Source: Curvularia clavata
Lineage: Eukaryota
Length of the DNA: 64,000 bases
Reading direction: 5' to 3'
Assembly: GCA_023920165.1 (NCBI GenBank)
Contig: CP089275.1
Location: forward strand, 3,844,001-3,908,000
Each line of letters begins with the position of its first letter. The first letter of the stretch is position 1. The notes below the pieces were generated by a model. It searched no databases. It had not been told where the DNA came from and saw nothing but the letters and a program-made list of their open reading frames with translations. The position numbers and the translations under genes are program-made. Of the stretch, positions 1 through 12,271 are shown one piece after another.

Positions 1-3000
1 AAGCCACCCTGCGCGTGCTTCAACGCTCGCCCCAGGGATGGGAGATTGCAAATGCCCTGCTCAAGAGCGACGACGAGCAAGTCCGCTTCTTTGGCGCCCT
101 CACCCTGACTGTTAAGCTCAATGCCGACTCAGCGGAACTGAGCGAAGAAGAATCAGAGCAACTATTATCAACCCTTATTCACCACCTCGTTTCGCGGCCT
201 ACTTCCTCGATTGCAACTCGCAAGATCAGTTCAACCTTGGCCCAATACTTTACCAAGCCCATCTCCGTATGGACCCAGTGCATCAGAAGCCTCGCTGCTT
301 CTTTTGCTGCCCAGCGACCAGTCTTAGATGATGCCCTGGACGAGCACCCTTCAACATGGGACCTCTTACCACAGTTCTCTGACGATCAGCTTGTCGTCAT
401 GCTCGACTTTGCCATGAGTCTAGCAGATGAATCCAAGAAACCCTCCAATTCTCCAGACCGGAAACCTCACGAGCGCATGGCAGCAAACGTCGAGAGCGTT
501 GAGGTTCTCCTTCATGTATCTTTCGGTCGCGGCATCAAATGGTTGTCAATATCCATTGATGACCCAAACTATGCTCAGTCTGTACAGCAAGGAGAGAAGA
601 TTTGCATAGCAGCTCTGAAATGTTTCACAGGGTGGATCTTCTATGCTCAGTCAGAGTTCAAAGACAGCCCAGAGAAACTCCAGCATCTCCGCTCCGTCAA
701 CGAACTTGCTCTGACCTGCCTCGAGTATCATGTTGATGATGCTATGGAGCTCGTGGCTGAGATTCTGGAGAACTACCCTACATTCTTCGAGAAGAAGCAC
801 CAAGAGATGCTGTGGTCGGCCATTTCTGGCCCATGGGGTCTGGAAATACTGAAAAACTCGGATGCTGAGACTGTCTCGCTTGCAAGAATCATTGTGGCGT
901 ACGGGCAGATCCTGCTTGAGTCCAAGGCCATCTACACCCAGCCGGATAATGTGCACTATCAACAAGTCATGTCTTTTCTGCATGATCTTCTCAAATACCC
1001 AGAGCCGGTAGGCGCAGAGGATGAGGTTGCTCCCGTAGTGCTTGACTTTTGGAGTAGTTATGTCAGCGCCATTGCTGAAGAAACATTCCTACATGCCTCA
1101 GGGGAGCAGGTACCAGTATGGATGGACACTGCCAAAGCCAACGTCCTCCAAGCGGTATCCGAGCTTGTTCAGAAAATCATCTATCCATCAGCTGATGTTA
1201 CTGATTCCTGGGATTCAGACGCTAGGAAGACGTTCAAGGTGTTCCGTGTTGATGTCCGCGATATCATCATGGACGCATATGATCCCTTACGAGACATACT
1301 GACTGACCAGTTCGTCGACTTCGCACTACACGGTTTGGGCGCTGGCAAATGGTTGGATCTTGAGACTGGGCTATTTGGTCTCATCGCCATTGCCGACGCA
1401 TTGCACGAGGGTTCGGACGACCGCCTGCTCAAACTGTTCGAACAACCACTGTTCTCAGCAATATCCAACAGCCCAGATGTACCTGCAATAACACGGAGGA
1501 CAGCTGTCGAGCTTGTCGCTGCTCTGAATCACTTCTTCCTTCGAAACCCAAGTTTTCTGCCTCAGGTTCTCCCGTTCCTGCTGACTGCTCTGGCTCAACC
1601 AGCAATTGCACACGGTGCTGCCAAATCATTTGCTTCACTTTGCTCTGAATGTCGCAAGTCATTGACAGGAGAGCTAGCCTCGTTTTTTCAAATGTACGAG
1701 CAGTTCATCACGTACGCAACAGCTGAAGAATTCACCAAGAGCATGGTTCTGAAAGGCATCGCTGCCATAGTTCAAGCCCAGGATTCGGAAGAAAAGCAAT
1801 TGGAAGGCGTACGACAGCTCTTCCAGTACATCACGCGAGACGCTATGCAAGCTATAAATATCACCAAAGAGGGGGGCGATGCAGAGCAAGGCCAAGTACT
1901 TGCACTAACAACACTAAAGTGCTTGGCGAATGTTGGAAAGGCTATGCAGGCTTCAGACGAGGAAGTAGTTGACCTTGCATCTGGCAAGGAGCCTTCCACG
2001 TTCTGGTTACAAGGCCCGGGGAAGGAAATTCAAAACCAAATCATCAATCTCGTCAATTACATGACGCAGGTGTTTTCTGGTAACGATGAGATCATTGAAG
2101 CTGCATGCAGTGTCCTGCGCACCGGATTCAAGGAGACGGTATCAGGACCTTTTGTTCTGCCGCTGTCTGCAGCAATTGATTTCATCACCAAGACGACTGT
2201 GCAAACCCCGAGGCTACCATTTGTCCTGGAAACCGCATGCTGCTGGATCTCGTCACACAAGCATGAACAGCCTGAAGGCTTTCAAGAACAAGCCCAGCGT
2301 TTGCTCCGGCACAACCTGAGCATTATGCAAGCCCTGCAGCACCCGAGGAATGATCCGGAAATAGCGGTTGGCTGTATCGAGCTCATCCAGAACTTCATCA
2401 ACGCCGACCCACGCATCATGACGCAAGAGTCCCCAGAGAACCTGTCAGGAATGTTCGGCTTCACGGTCGAATCAATCAAGTCTCCTGAGGTATTGCCGAA
2501 GCGTGCAGCTGCCAAGCTGTGGAAAGATATCTTCGAACTCGCAGGCAACCCACACAGTCCCCATTATGTTACAAGCCAAGAGATCGTAGCCCACTTCGGG
2601 CCTTCAGTCTGCTTTGCACTCATCGCAAACGTCTGTGGAGAGGTAGATTTTACCAGCCTGGAACATATTGTCGCTCCTCTTCGTGCTTTGCTCCGAGCCG
2701 ACAAGAACGCAAGAGCTTATATCTCAAACTCGTTGGCAGAACAGCCACTTCTGCAACGCTTCCAACAGGACCAGGGTGTTCAAGACATGGTACGAAAGCT
2801 GATCGAGAGCATGTCTAGGTATGTTTGGTCCATGTCCGTGATTCGTATATTCGAAAGCTAACATATGTACAGGAACGCAAAGAACAGCGTAGCTTTCAAG
2901 GACACAGTGAAGGGCTTCTGGCAGAGTTGCAAACAGCTGCAAATGCAACTTCAGCCGCAGACGATGAATCCAGCACACCGTTTCGCTCATGGGTTTCCCT

Positions 3001-3002
3001 AG
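1..3002 (+). CDS. Importin-beta family karyopherin (importin-13/Kap122-like HEAT-repeat protein), 5'-truncated by the window
   Basis: Long helical ORF beginning with LQRSPQGWEIANALL..VRFFGALTL, typical of an importin N-terminus. Intron 2819-2872 (GTATGT..GCTAAC..TACAG) extends the frame to TAG at 3002. Confidence 0.85.
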
Positions 3003-3041
3003 TCGTCTGCATAAGGAGCAACTTGCCAACGAACACCAATC

Positions 3042-3688
3042 CTAGAATTCAGCAAACGCAGCCATGGCGAACGTCAGGCCAAAAGACAACTTGAAGGCAA
3101 CATTGTCCTGCACCAGCGACCGGACATTCATCGACTTTAACCTACGCTGGAGGAACGAGTACGGTATGACGTGGATACCTCGCGACTCAATAAACTAGAA
3201 TATGTGTCAATTTTATGTCTCGTGTTTGGAGTATAAGTATGCGAGAGGAGCAACAAAAAACTGCATAGTCGACGAAGATATCCCAGGATGTAAGGGCTTT
3301 ACAATCATGCACCATACATAGCTGGAAAGAGCCTCAATAATTGAGATGTCGAACTCACCTGTAAAGCGAAGATGCCCAATCCAATCAATATAGCCAATGG
3401 CTTACTGAACACACTGATCCCCAACCCTCCAATGACACCGAGAATGCTTCCCATACTGATTTGTCGGATTGCTCTAGGGTTTACCGCACCTGATTGGGTA
3501 ACGACAGGAGTTTTTGCTTGATTGGTGTAATTGTTCTTCAAATCACTCGTGATCTTGGTGAGGGGATCCGGCCCATCGCAACGTATGCGCTGCATGTTCC
3601 GAAATTGATATGCAAGCAGAGGTGTCGAGAGAATGAGTGGCGTGCTGAGCACCAGGCCTCGTCTGAGACCAGGTAGAAGGAATGACAT
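3042..3688 (-). CDS. FUN14-family mitochondrial outer-membrane protein
   Basis: MSFLLPGLRR.. then RQISMGSILGVIGGLGISVFSKPLAILIGLGIFALQ. Intron 3195-3358 (GTGAGT..TTCTAG). Exon 2 reads FIESRGIHVIP..NVAFKLSFGLTFAMAAFAEF*. Confidence 0.75.
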
Positions 3689-4161
3689 GTTTAATTGCTT
3701 GCGGGAGGACCTGGAGTCACGGGAGAGCTGTTGCTGCTGGAGGTAGATAGAGAGCTGTTCTTCGAGGCTTCGATCGGTTGTCGTGATGCGGGCAGAAGAG
3801 CGAATGAGGCGAGTCGGCAGGAGAATGCACGGAGCCGGGATGTGTACAGGGTATCGCGTCCTTGCAAGACCACTCAATCCCAGAGATGTTCGGTGCATGG
3901 ATGTCTGTGTCGAAGCAGAATGCTGACAGTTGGGGAAGCTGACTTCCGAGATAATGATGTCATTGGTTCACATTGCGGCATCCGGCCGGACCGCTTTGGG
4001 GCTAGCGAGGACCCTGACTTCGCGGGCCTCAAACGTAAACGTCGCGTCTTTCAATACCATGTTGGACGTGTCGAAACTCTAGGCATTGACTGGCGCTCGC
4101 CATGATAATTTTCGCTCCTTAAAACCTCTCAATTGACTAATAAACAGGCAATCACGTTACA

Positions 4162-7100
4162 ATGGCGCCTCGAACAATTCTTCTGATGGTCGCAAACCTA
4201 CTGATCCCGGTCGCGATACTGGTTTTCGCGACTGGTTTCTTTCCGTACAAACCCTTTATGCCTGGTCTGGCCCAGTATGAAGACCTTGGATTCTCTGAGA
4301 TACTCGGCAAGGACTGGCACAAGCCACCTACCCCGCCGTTCGACAAGGTTGTCTTCATGGTTGTCGACGCGCTCAGAAGCGACTTCGTATACGGGGAGGA
4401 TAGCGGCATGGCCTTTGTCCAGAGGTACGACAGCCTTCAGAGAACTATGCCCAATAATCGCATCGCAGCTAAAGCCTCTCTAGTCTAATTCGTGACGGAA
4501 CCGCGTTGCCATTCACAGCCCACGCAACTTCTCCTACAATCACTATGCCACGTGTAAAAGCCATTACTACCGGCTCCATCCCCTCCTTCGTAGACGTAAT
4601 CCTAAACTTTGCCGAATCAGACACCACGTCGACCCTTGCGACGCAGGACACATGGCTCGCGCAGATCAAAGCAAAGGACTATGAAAATGGCAAAGGGAAG
4701 CTAGTCATGTACGGCGATGATACCTGGTTAAAGCTCTTCCCGGGTGTCTTTGAGCGCGCAGACGGAACGAGCAGCTTCTTTGTCTCGGTCAGTCATAAGC
4801 GCCCTGTCGTATATAGGAATAATAGAATGTTGATTTCAAGTGCAGGATTTCACGGAGGTTGACAACAACGTGACAAGACATGTTCCGAATGAGTTGCTGA
4901 ACAGTGACTGGAATGCAATGATTATGCATTATCTGGGATTAGATCACATTGGCCATAAGGCTGGTCCTAAGAGGTGAAGACTGCATTCAGGTTGAAAATA
5001 CACAGTGCTAATGGTTCTATAGCCCCAATATGGTTCCAAAGCAGACTGAAATGGATGGAATCGTTCGCGACATCTACTCTGCTATGGAAAACGAGGATCA
5101 CCTCTCAAACACACTGTTCGTTCTTTGCGGCGACCACGGTATGAACGACGGCGGTAACCATGGAGGCTCCTCCCCGGGCGAGACATCGCCAGCACTCGTT
5201 TTTATGAGCCCCAAGCTCACCAAAATCACCAAAACGGTGGCCAGGCAGAGCCCAGTGAAGCCAAAGACGGAAGGCGAATTTGACTTCTACCGCATGGTTG
5301 AGCAGAGCGATATTGCCCCAACGCTGGCTGGCTTGCTGGGATTTCCGGTTCCTCAGAATAACCTCGGTGTCTTTCTTGAGGATTTCCTTCCTTTCTGGGA
5401 TACACGTAAGTAGGAGTGCCAGCTGACCAATAAGCATAGCTGACGAAATACAGCTTTGGATCGCATCCAACTTCTCTACCGCAACGCAAAGCAAATGAAG
5501 AAGATTGTTGCGGCCAAGTACAGTAATTTGAAGTTTGAAGAATCGCTCGTGAAATCAGATGAAGCGCCTGAATGTGCACAAGGATATGTAGGTTCTGCGG
5601 TGTGGTGCTTCACGAAGGACTTGCTGCTGACATGCGTAGGCAAACGATGGCCAGAAGCTGGCTTGTCTTTGGCGAGCAGTCATTACTTCGTTGACTGATG
5701 GAAAGGGCGACGTTACAGACTTCTATAAAGTAGGTTTGCGTTGCTGGCTGCGCCGAGCTTATACTGGAAGACTCACACTAACGGCCTTAGTTCATGCACA
5801 TGGCTCAGGAGACGATGTCCAGCACAGCTTCCAACTACAACCTTCCACGTCTCTTCACGGGTACAGGTCTGGCCCTGCTCATCTGTGCTTTGTCCTTCTT
5901 CACTCTCCCTTCTTTCCGGCCCGTCACATCAGCTGGAATCTACTTCAGCCTTTCTGTCGCCTTATATGCCGTCCTCATGTTCGCGTCGTCGTATGTCGAA
6001 GAGGAGCAAAACTTCTGGTACTGGGCTACCTCAGGTTGGTTCTTCTGCCTCTTCCTGAGCAACATGCGCAAGGAATGGTACAGCAAGTGGATCTTCCACC
6101 CCGCAATCATGGTGCTGGCCATCCACCGTATTATAAGGCGATGGAACCAGACTGGACAAAAGTACGCTGGCGCCGATGATATCGTGAACAGCGGCTTGTT
6201 TCATGGAAGAAATTCTGCTATCCTATGGGTGCTTATCGGCGCCACGTACATAGACGTTACCATTCGGCTAGCGAGACACGTCGCGCGCTCTATCGGAACG
6301 TTTGAGAGCAACGAAAAAGCCCGCAATGTCGAAATTGAGTCGACGGACCAGAACCGCATGTTTGGCACGATGGCCGTGCTACCGCTGTGTGGTACGGCAT
6401 TTGTCTTCAAACTTGCTTTCACAGCAAAGGATGCACCCGAGTTGACCAGCGGTATCAGCACAGATCTGATGGCGAGGATCGAGATGCTGGAACTTGTTGG
6501 CCTTGCACGCATGGTTTTTGGAGGCTTGCTTCTGAGCGGATGCTGGATCACGTTTGGGGAGTGGACACGATCGACTAGGAGAAAGAGGCGCGGAGCTCAG
6601 GGTAACGGCGGTAAGTCCACTTCTAATTGAGGACCTTTTCTCAGAACAACTATTGAAACTAACGGTTATTCTAGATCTAGCAGTAGCCTTCTTCGACCTG
6701 ACCACGCTTTTTCTCCTCACCCAAACAAAAGCCCAGAACATTCCTCTATACTTCCTCTTCCGCCTCCAATACATGTTCCTCTGTAAGTCCTACCGAATCA
6801 CAAGCAGAAATCCCCTGATATTCTCTCCACACCGTCCCGTTCAACTCATCTAACCAGCACCCAGCCTTCATCGACCTGACCCCAACATCTGCAACACTGA
6901 CCACGCTCCTTCTCTCTCAAACCGCCTTTTTCGCCCTCGGAAACTCAAACTCCATTTCCTCAATCGACCTCTCAAACTCGTACAATGGAATCTCAGGCTA
7001 CAACATTGTCGCCGTCGGGATCCTCGTCTTTGCATCGAACTGGGCCGGGCCTATATACTGGTCTCTCGCGGGCCTCTTGCTACTAGGCTCCCATGGACGC

Positions 7101-7433
7101 ATGCAGCGGTTCGTTGATACGTCGGAAATGCATGTTGCAGACTGGGTGGCGAAAGAGCGCGAGTGGCTCAAGGAGCTGGCGAGTAAGGAGGACAAGGCGA
7201 GAGAGACACGCGCAACGGGCAAGGAGTGGGTGGCGCATCTGGCGTTGTTGACGTTCTGGACGGGTGCTATGCTCGCGGCTGTGATGCTGGCGTGTACGGT
7301 GCTGAGACAGCATTTATTTATCTGGACCGTGTTTAGCCCGAAGTATCTTTTTGCTATGGCGTGGGGTGTTGCGTGGCATTTGGGTGTTACGCTGGGCTTG
7401 GGCGGGTGGGTTTGGTGGTTGGGTAGCTGGTGA
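4162..7433 (+). CDS. GPI7: GPI ethanolamine phosphate transferase 2 (PIG-G/Gpi7)
   Basis: Motifs FDKVVFMVVDALRSDF, PTITMPRVKAITTGS, GDDTWLKLFP, HYLGLDHIGH, GDHGM, ASSYVEEEQ and RQHLFIWTVFSPK. Multiple short GT-AG introns join the listed ORF pieces. Confidence 0.92.
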
Positions 7434-7578
7434 GAGCTGCAACAGGGAAGTCATTTGTGCATCGTTTTGCCATTTTGAGGTTGATCTTTTGCTTCGTTTT
7501 AGCTAATGTGTTTCTCAAACCTTGCCCTGTTTGTAAAGCCATGAATGCCGGGCATGCTTGTAGTGATAACCTTATGCT

Positions 7579-8881
7579 TTAATTCTGATCCTCCCACTCG
7601 TCGTCATCGTCTTGATCCATCGTATCTGCCTCATCTTCCTTACTTTCCCCACTTTCGTCCTTCGTATCTGCTTCTGTGTTCTTCTGCCTCTCCTCTTCTT
7701 GATGACGCTTTTCGTCTTCCCTCCACCGTTCCCTGACTCTGTTCAGTGCTGTACCTCTCAAGACTTCTCTTCTCAAGGCTTTGGCTTGGTCAGGGTCATC
7801 GACAGCATTCCAGCGCACTCCATCTTCAACTTCCTCTCTAGGATCATAGCGTGTGAGCTCAAGAAACATTTGCTCGCCACAGTATCTGCATTTGACTACT
7901 TCGCCGGGTGCGATGCCAGGTGGGATAGAACCAGGTATTTGGACGGCTGTTGCTTGTGGGGATCTGTTCTGGCGTTAGTAAAGACACCGGTCACCCCTCT
8001 TTGTTGTTTTCTTAGTTAGATAGAAAAACTTACGGCCTAGATGGTCCCGGAACTCCAACTAATTTGTTTTCGTTAATCCCCTTTATCTTTACCTCAGAGG
8101 TGTCATTCGCAACGCCTCTGTTGTTCAGGCGGCCGCAATACTCGCATCTCCACCTATCCAGCTGCGCTGCTACATCAACCATCTTGTCCTTTCCAGAATC
8201 TTTTTTTGTATACGCCTCGTCGCGCCATGTGTCTGAGACAGGGTTCCGTGGGACGCCTGGGCCGCGTTTTTGGGTTGAAGAGTTTTGGTCATGGGGCTCT
8301 AGTACAGGAGGCGTGGGTGGGCGAGTGCGGTCATGTTGCGGGTCGTGGGAGAGCCGCTCTGGGGAAGCAGAGGTTTGAGCTTGTTGGGCTGGTGATTGGG
8401 GCAATAGGGAAGTAAGTCCAGAGATGGAAGAACGACCTAGTTGTGACGAGATGGACGAGGTGCGGCTTTTTATTGTGGCCCTGTAGGAACAGCTATGTTA
8501 TTAAGAGTTCAATGCGGGTCATTTAAATTCTTGAGGGCAGTTTTGTGTAGAGCCATCAACTTTATTGCTTTCTGAAGGTAGTCGCGCGCTGTTAGGGATA
8601 TGGATGTTAGAGGGAAACGAGACGCACGCATCCTGTTCTACCTCCTCTGAACTTTTCTTGGAGAACGACAACGCCGTTTCTGGTACAGTGCCTGGAGCTG
8701 AGGCGTCTTGACTGGTGCCAGAACCCGCGTTTTCTTGGTCACTACACATGCAAGTTAACACCTCTTCTTTGGTTCATCCTTTGTCAATCATGTTTCTGAA
8801 AGACGCAACAGGTACGAAGTCGTACCCTTGGTTGGTCGACTCAGATGCTGTCTCCCATCCTTCGGATCCTTCTTGACTCAT
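7579..8881 (-). CDS. Hypothetical low-complexity protein with two CxxC knuckles (possible zinc ribbon)
   Basis: Four exons join in frame via introns 8742-8825, 8481-8627 and ~7963-8033. Start MSQEGSEGWETASES; contains WRCEYCGRLN and VKCRYCGEQ; acidic tail. Confidence 0.6.
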
Positions 8882-9773
8882 CGTGAGAGGTGTAATCTAG
8901 CTGACGGTAATAGTGTCTAACAAGGGTACTTATGCGATTGTACGATAGCGATAGCGGGCTCACTGGAGATGGATGATGTTAAGCTGGAGAGGAGAAGTCG
9001 AAGAAGGCCTCCCTATAGAAGGGCCACGATTTCTTTCTGAGGCACCATACCGGTTTCCGAGGACAAGTTACGCCTGCTCACTGTTGGAGTTTAGGAAAGT
9101 GCGTGACAGTGTTTGCGAAGCAGGCTTCGGTGACTGCCACGTGATTCTCCGAAGCAAACCTGGGCGGAGGTGACGAACATCTCGACTTGTTCAAGGGAGG
9201 TATAGAATACGAAGGAAGAAAAAAAGCGAGAGTAAAGATCTAAGTTTGAGGTGGCATTCCATAGCGCTTGCGCGAACGTTCACTTGTCAGTTTTAGAAGA
9301 TTAAACATGCACGTGAGAAATGAGAGGTACCTATAGCGACACTCTTGTCGCAAATGACCTTTTGGTTGGCTGCTTGACCTATCCAAGCTAAGTTTGCAGA
9401 AGCTAGGCATCTATCACAGACGTAAACTATGCCACCGAGGAGAGATATGACTAAGAAGTCACGTTCGATGTAGATGATGAATTCGTGACTCTCAGACATT
9501 GGATATTCCATTAGATAAATACATGCATGTCGATGGCGACATCGGAGGATATCAACCCCTTGAAAACCGGCCCCGTGAAGTGCGCTGAGGGATCATTGCT
9601 TAGCCACATCGTTTATTCCAAAACATATAATCCTCCATGAAGTGACCGACTATGGCTGTGAACTACCTTACCAAGGGTTGTGAATCGAGGAACAGCGCGT
9701 CTAGCGATGAAGTACGTGTCACATATGGTAGCCACCTGTGATAGTAAGCCTGTGTAAGTCTGTTGCTGTGGAA

Positions 9774-10783
9774 TCATTTCCGCTGATTGATTGGCTTGAT
9801 TTGTAAGGCAGCTTGCTCACACTCGCACACATTTTCCCCAAGATATCCATGAAGACATTGCCAGCAGAAGTGGTGGTGACATTTTCCACCTGAGTGACGT
9901 GTTAGTATGGGACTGCAAGTACATCGCTTTGTCTCGCCATTGAACTTACAAGTCATGTGATTGCATCCACCATCCTTCGCTATGTTCACACCGCAGCTTG
10001 GACAAGGTTTTGCTCCCATCTCTTTGATCTTGGCCAGGGATTTCTGTTCCTCGGCCACCTTTTTTTGGTCACAACCACCTTCGCAATGCTCAGTCCATGC
10101 CCAATTACATTTCATACAGATCTTGAAATCGCAGTAAGGGCATTCAACCCACTGCTTGCGGATCTTGTTACCTTTGGAGTCCTCAATGGAAAAGGTTAGA
10201 CCACAGCCGATCGAGATGCAAGACATGTATGACTCGTTGGTAGAGAGCAGATGTTTGGTGATAGCGATGTCGTAGCTACTGTTGGTCAGTACAATGGCTT
10301 TTTGCACCAAGCGGATGCTACTTACGCTTTGAAAGCCGCTTCATCAACGAATTTGCGGAAATTCTTGAAGGCCAAGATATGATTGCACTCGGGAAAGGGA
10401 CAGGGCAGTTTGACATCTTCCAGCTGACGCTGATTGACTTTCGCATTTAGCATGCTCTCGATGCACTTCTTGCAGATCATGTGAAAATGCTCACATGCAT
10501 CCTTAGGTGCATTCGAATGGCTGGGAAAATCCTCCGTACATAGCAGGCACTCTTCCATTTCAGGCTGCGTGTTGCTCTCCGGTTCAGGAGACTTGGGTAC
10601 CATCCTCGACTCAGCCTTGGCTTTCACGACAGCGCCAGTCATGACACGGGCAGTACGCTTGCGTTTAACGCTGCGGGAGGGCTGTGCTTTCTTAGTAGTA
10701 CGGCGTCTTGGCCTCGAACGGGATGATTCAGCATAGTTGATGCGACATTCAGGGTGAACTTGAAGTCGAGTTGAGGGCGCCAT
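9774..10783 (-). CDS. RBR (RING1-IBR-RING2) E3 ubiquitin ligase, Ariadne-like
   Basis: CLLC..CEHFHMICKKC..CPFPEC; CISIGC..CPYCDFKICMKC..H; CPSCGVNIAKDGGCNHMTC|GKCHHHFCWQC. Introns 10276-10325 and 9890-9949. Confidence 0.88.
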
Positions 10784-11914
10784 GGTCGACGTTGAGTACC
10801 TTGGGTTGCGAGTGCCTTGAGTTGTGAGTGCGCTGTACACAAGTCCTATTTGTACTCAGGGACTGGTACTAGCGTAAAATTGGTAAGGGCAGCAGACCAA
10901 GAGCAAGTCACTGAAGCGATTACTAGGCTGTCGAATCAGTAGTGTAAGCAAGGCATAAAGGGAGGAGATCAGTGGATGTGCAGCTGCTCCAAAGTCTACA
11001 CGTGGACAAGTGAAAGGTGAATCGCAAGTCACATCATCATGCCAGATCAAGGCAGTGACTGGAAGTGAGACTGCGCTGTAAGTGTTTTCTTTGTCAAGGA
11101 TCGAACACTTGGTATCATATGACTAAACTGAATATTGGGATTAGGTCTTTGGCATGACTGGACTCTGTTCGTAAAATACATGCCGCAGTAGTGTTGCGAG
11201 TAGAGTCATGTGTCCAGCTAAACTTGTCACCATGGAGAAACAAACATACAGACGACATATTATCAGCTGCAGGGAACCTGTTCAGAGTCGTTCAGAGCCT
11301 GCCCGTCGATACAAATCACCAGAGAGGAGCCACTGCTCAGCAAACTTGTTCGAGGGGTGTGACTGTTCTAGCAAACTGCTGTGAGACCGGTGGACTTACA
11401 AGAACAACTTGACCAATCGCATATCTACATGTCTGAACTCTTGAAACCTCCGGTTAGCAGTAAGCTTTTCTCGGCTTTTCTTAATTCATGTCCTGCAATC
11501 TCATGTCACTAAACACCAGTCTGCTTTAGAGATTTCACCTTTTGACATACTATTCCATGTCGTTTCCTATGGACAATGTTCTCCGATACAAATGCCGTAC
11601 AATGTCAGCTTGAAAGCTTGAAAGCTGCAAACACCACTCCGAGAAAATCTCAAGTGAACAAGAATACAAGTTGGGTCTGGGAGCGTTTGGTACGGAAAGC
11701 ATTTCTTATGAACATTACCGCTAGTACGCGCATCTATCATAAAACAAGAGCCTTCCTAAAAACGACAAATTCTAAAGTAAAGGAATGCCCATACTCCCAA
11801 CCCAATCCAACCTGACATAATCTCAGACACCCAAATAACCATAGTATATGAAACTTCCCATTAAAACCCATTCCCGACCGTTTATCAAAATTCCGTCGTA
11901 ACATACATTTCCTT

Positions 11915-11936
11915 CTACTCTCCACCACCTCCACCT

Positions 11937-11968
<32 letters not shown>

Positions 11969-12271
11969 ATCACCTCCACCTCCGCCATCACCTCCACCTC
12001 CGCCATCACCACCACCACCACAACCGCCTCCGTCTCCTCCGCCTCCACCCATACCACCTCCATACCCACCATATCCTCCTCCTCCATAACCTCTATAGCT
12101 GCTCCCGCCTCCACTTCCCCCATAGTATCCTCCATACGACGGCTTAGGCGCTACATATGTTGGCTGCGTCGTAGTGCCAGTGCCGCCTTGAAAAGGTCGA
12201 TTTGATTTTTTAGACTGCCGCGTTGGAAGCGGATAAGTTTTGTCCTTGGGCTTGGAGAGGCCGCAACCCAT
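11915..12271 (-). CDS. Small Gly-rich protein with N-terminal myristoylation/palmitoylation-type motif
   Basis: 118-aa ORF: MGCGLSKPK, then a basic segment, YGG repeats and a (GGGGGD)n/poly-Gly tail. Good ATG context (AAAAATG) and a TATAAG box on the minus strand near 12480. Confidence 0.6.
11920..12065 (-). repeat. GGY-codon low-complexity repeat with 18-nt units (GGCGGAGGTGGAGGTGAT) encoding poly-Gly
   Basis: Direct reading of CCA/CCG/CCT triplet runs on the + strand. Confidence 0.85.

Noticed and set aside
3195..3358. 164-nt FUN14 intron as a snoRNA host
   Set aside because: Only an imperfect C-like ATGATTG and no D box (CTGA); no convincing H/ACA hairpins seen.
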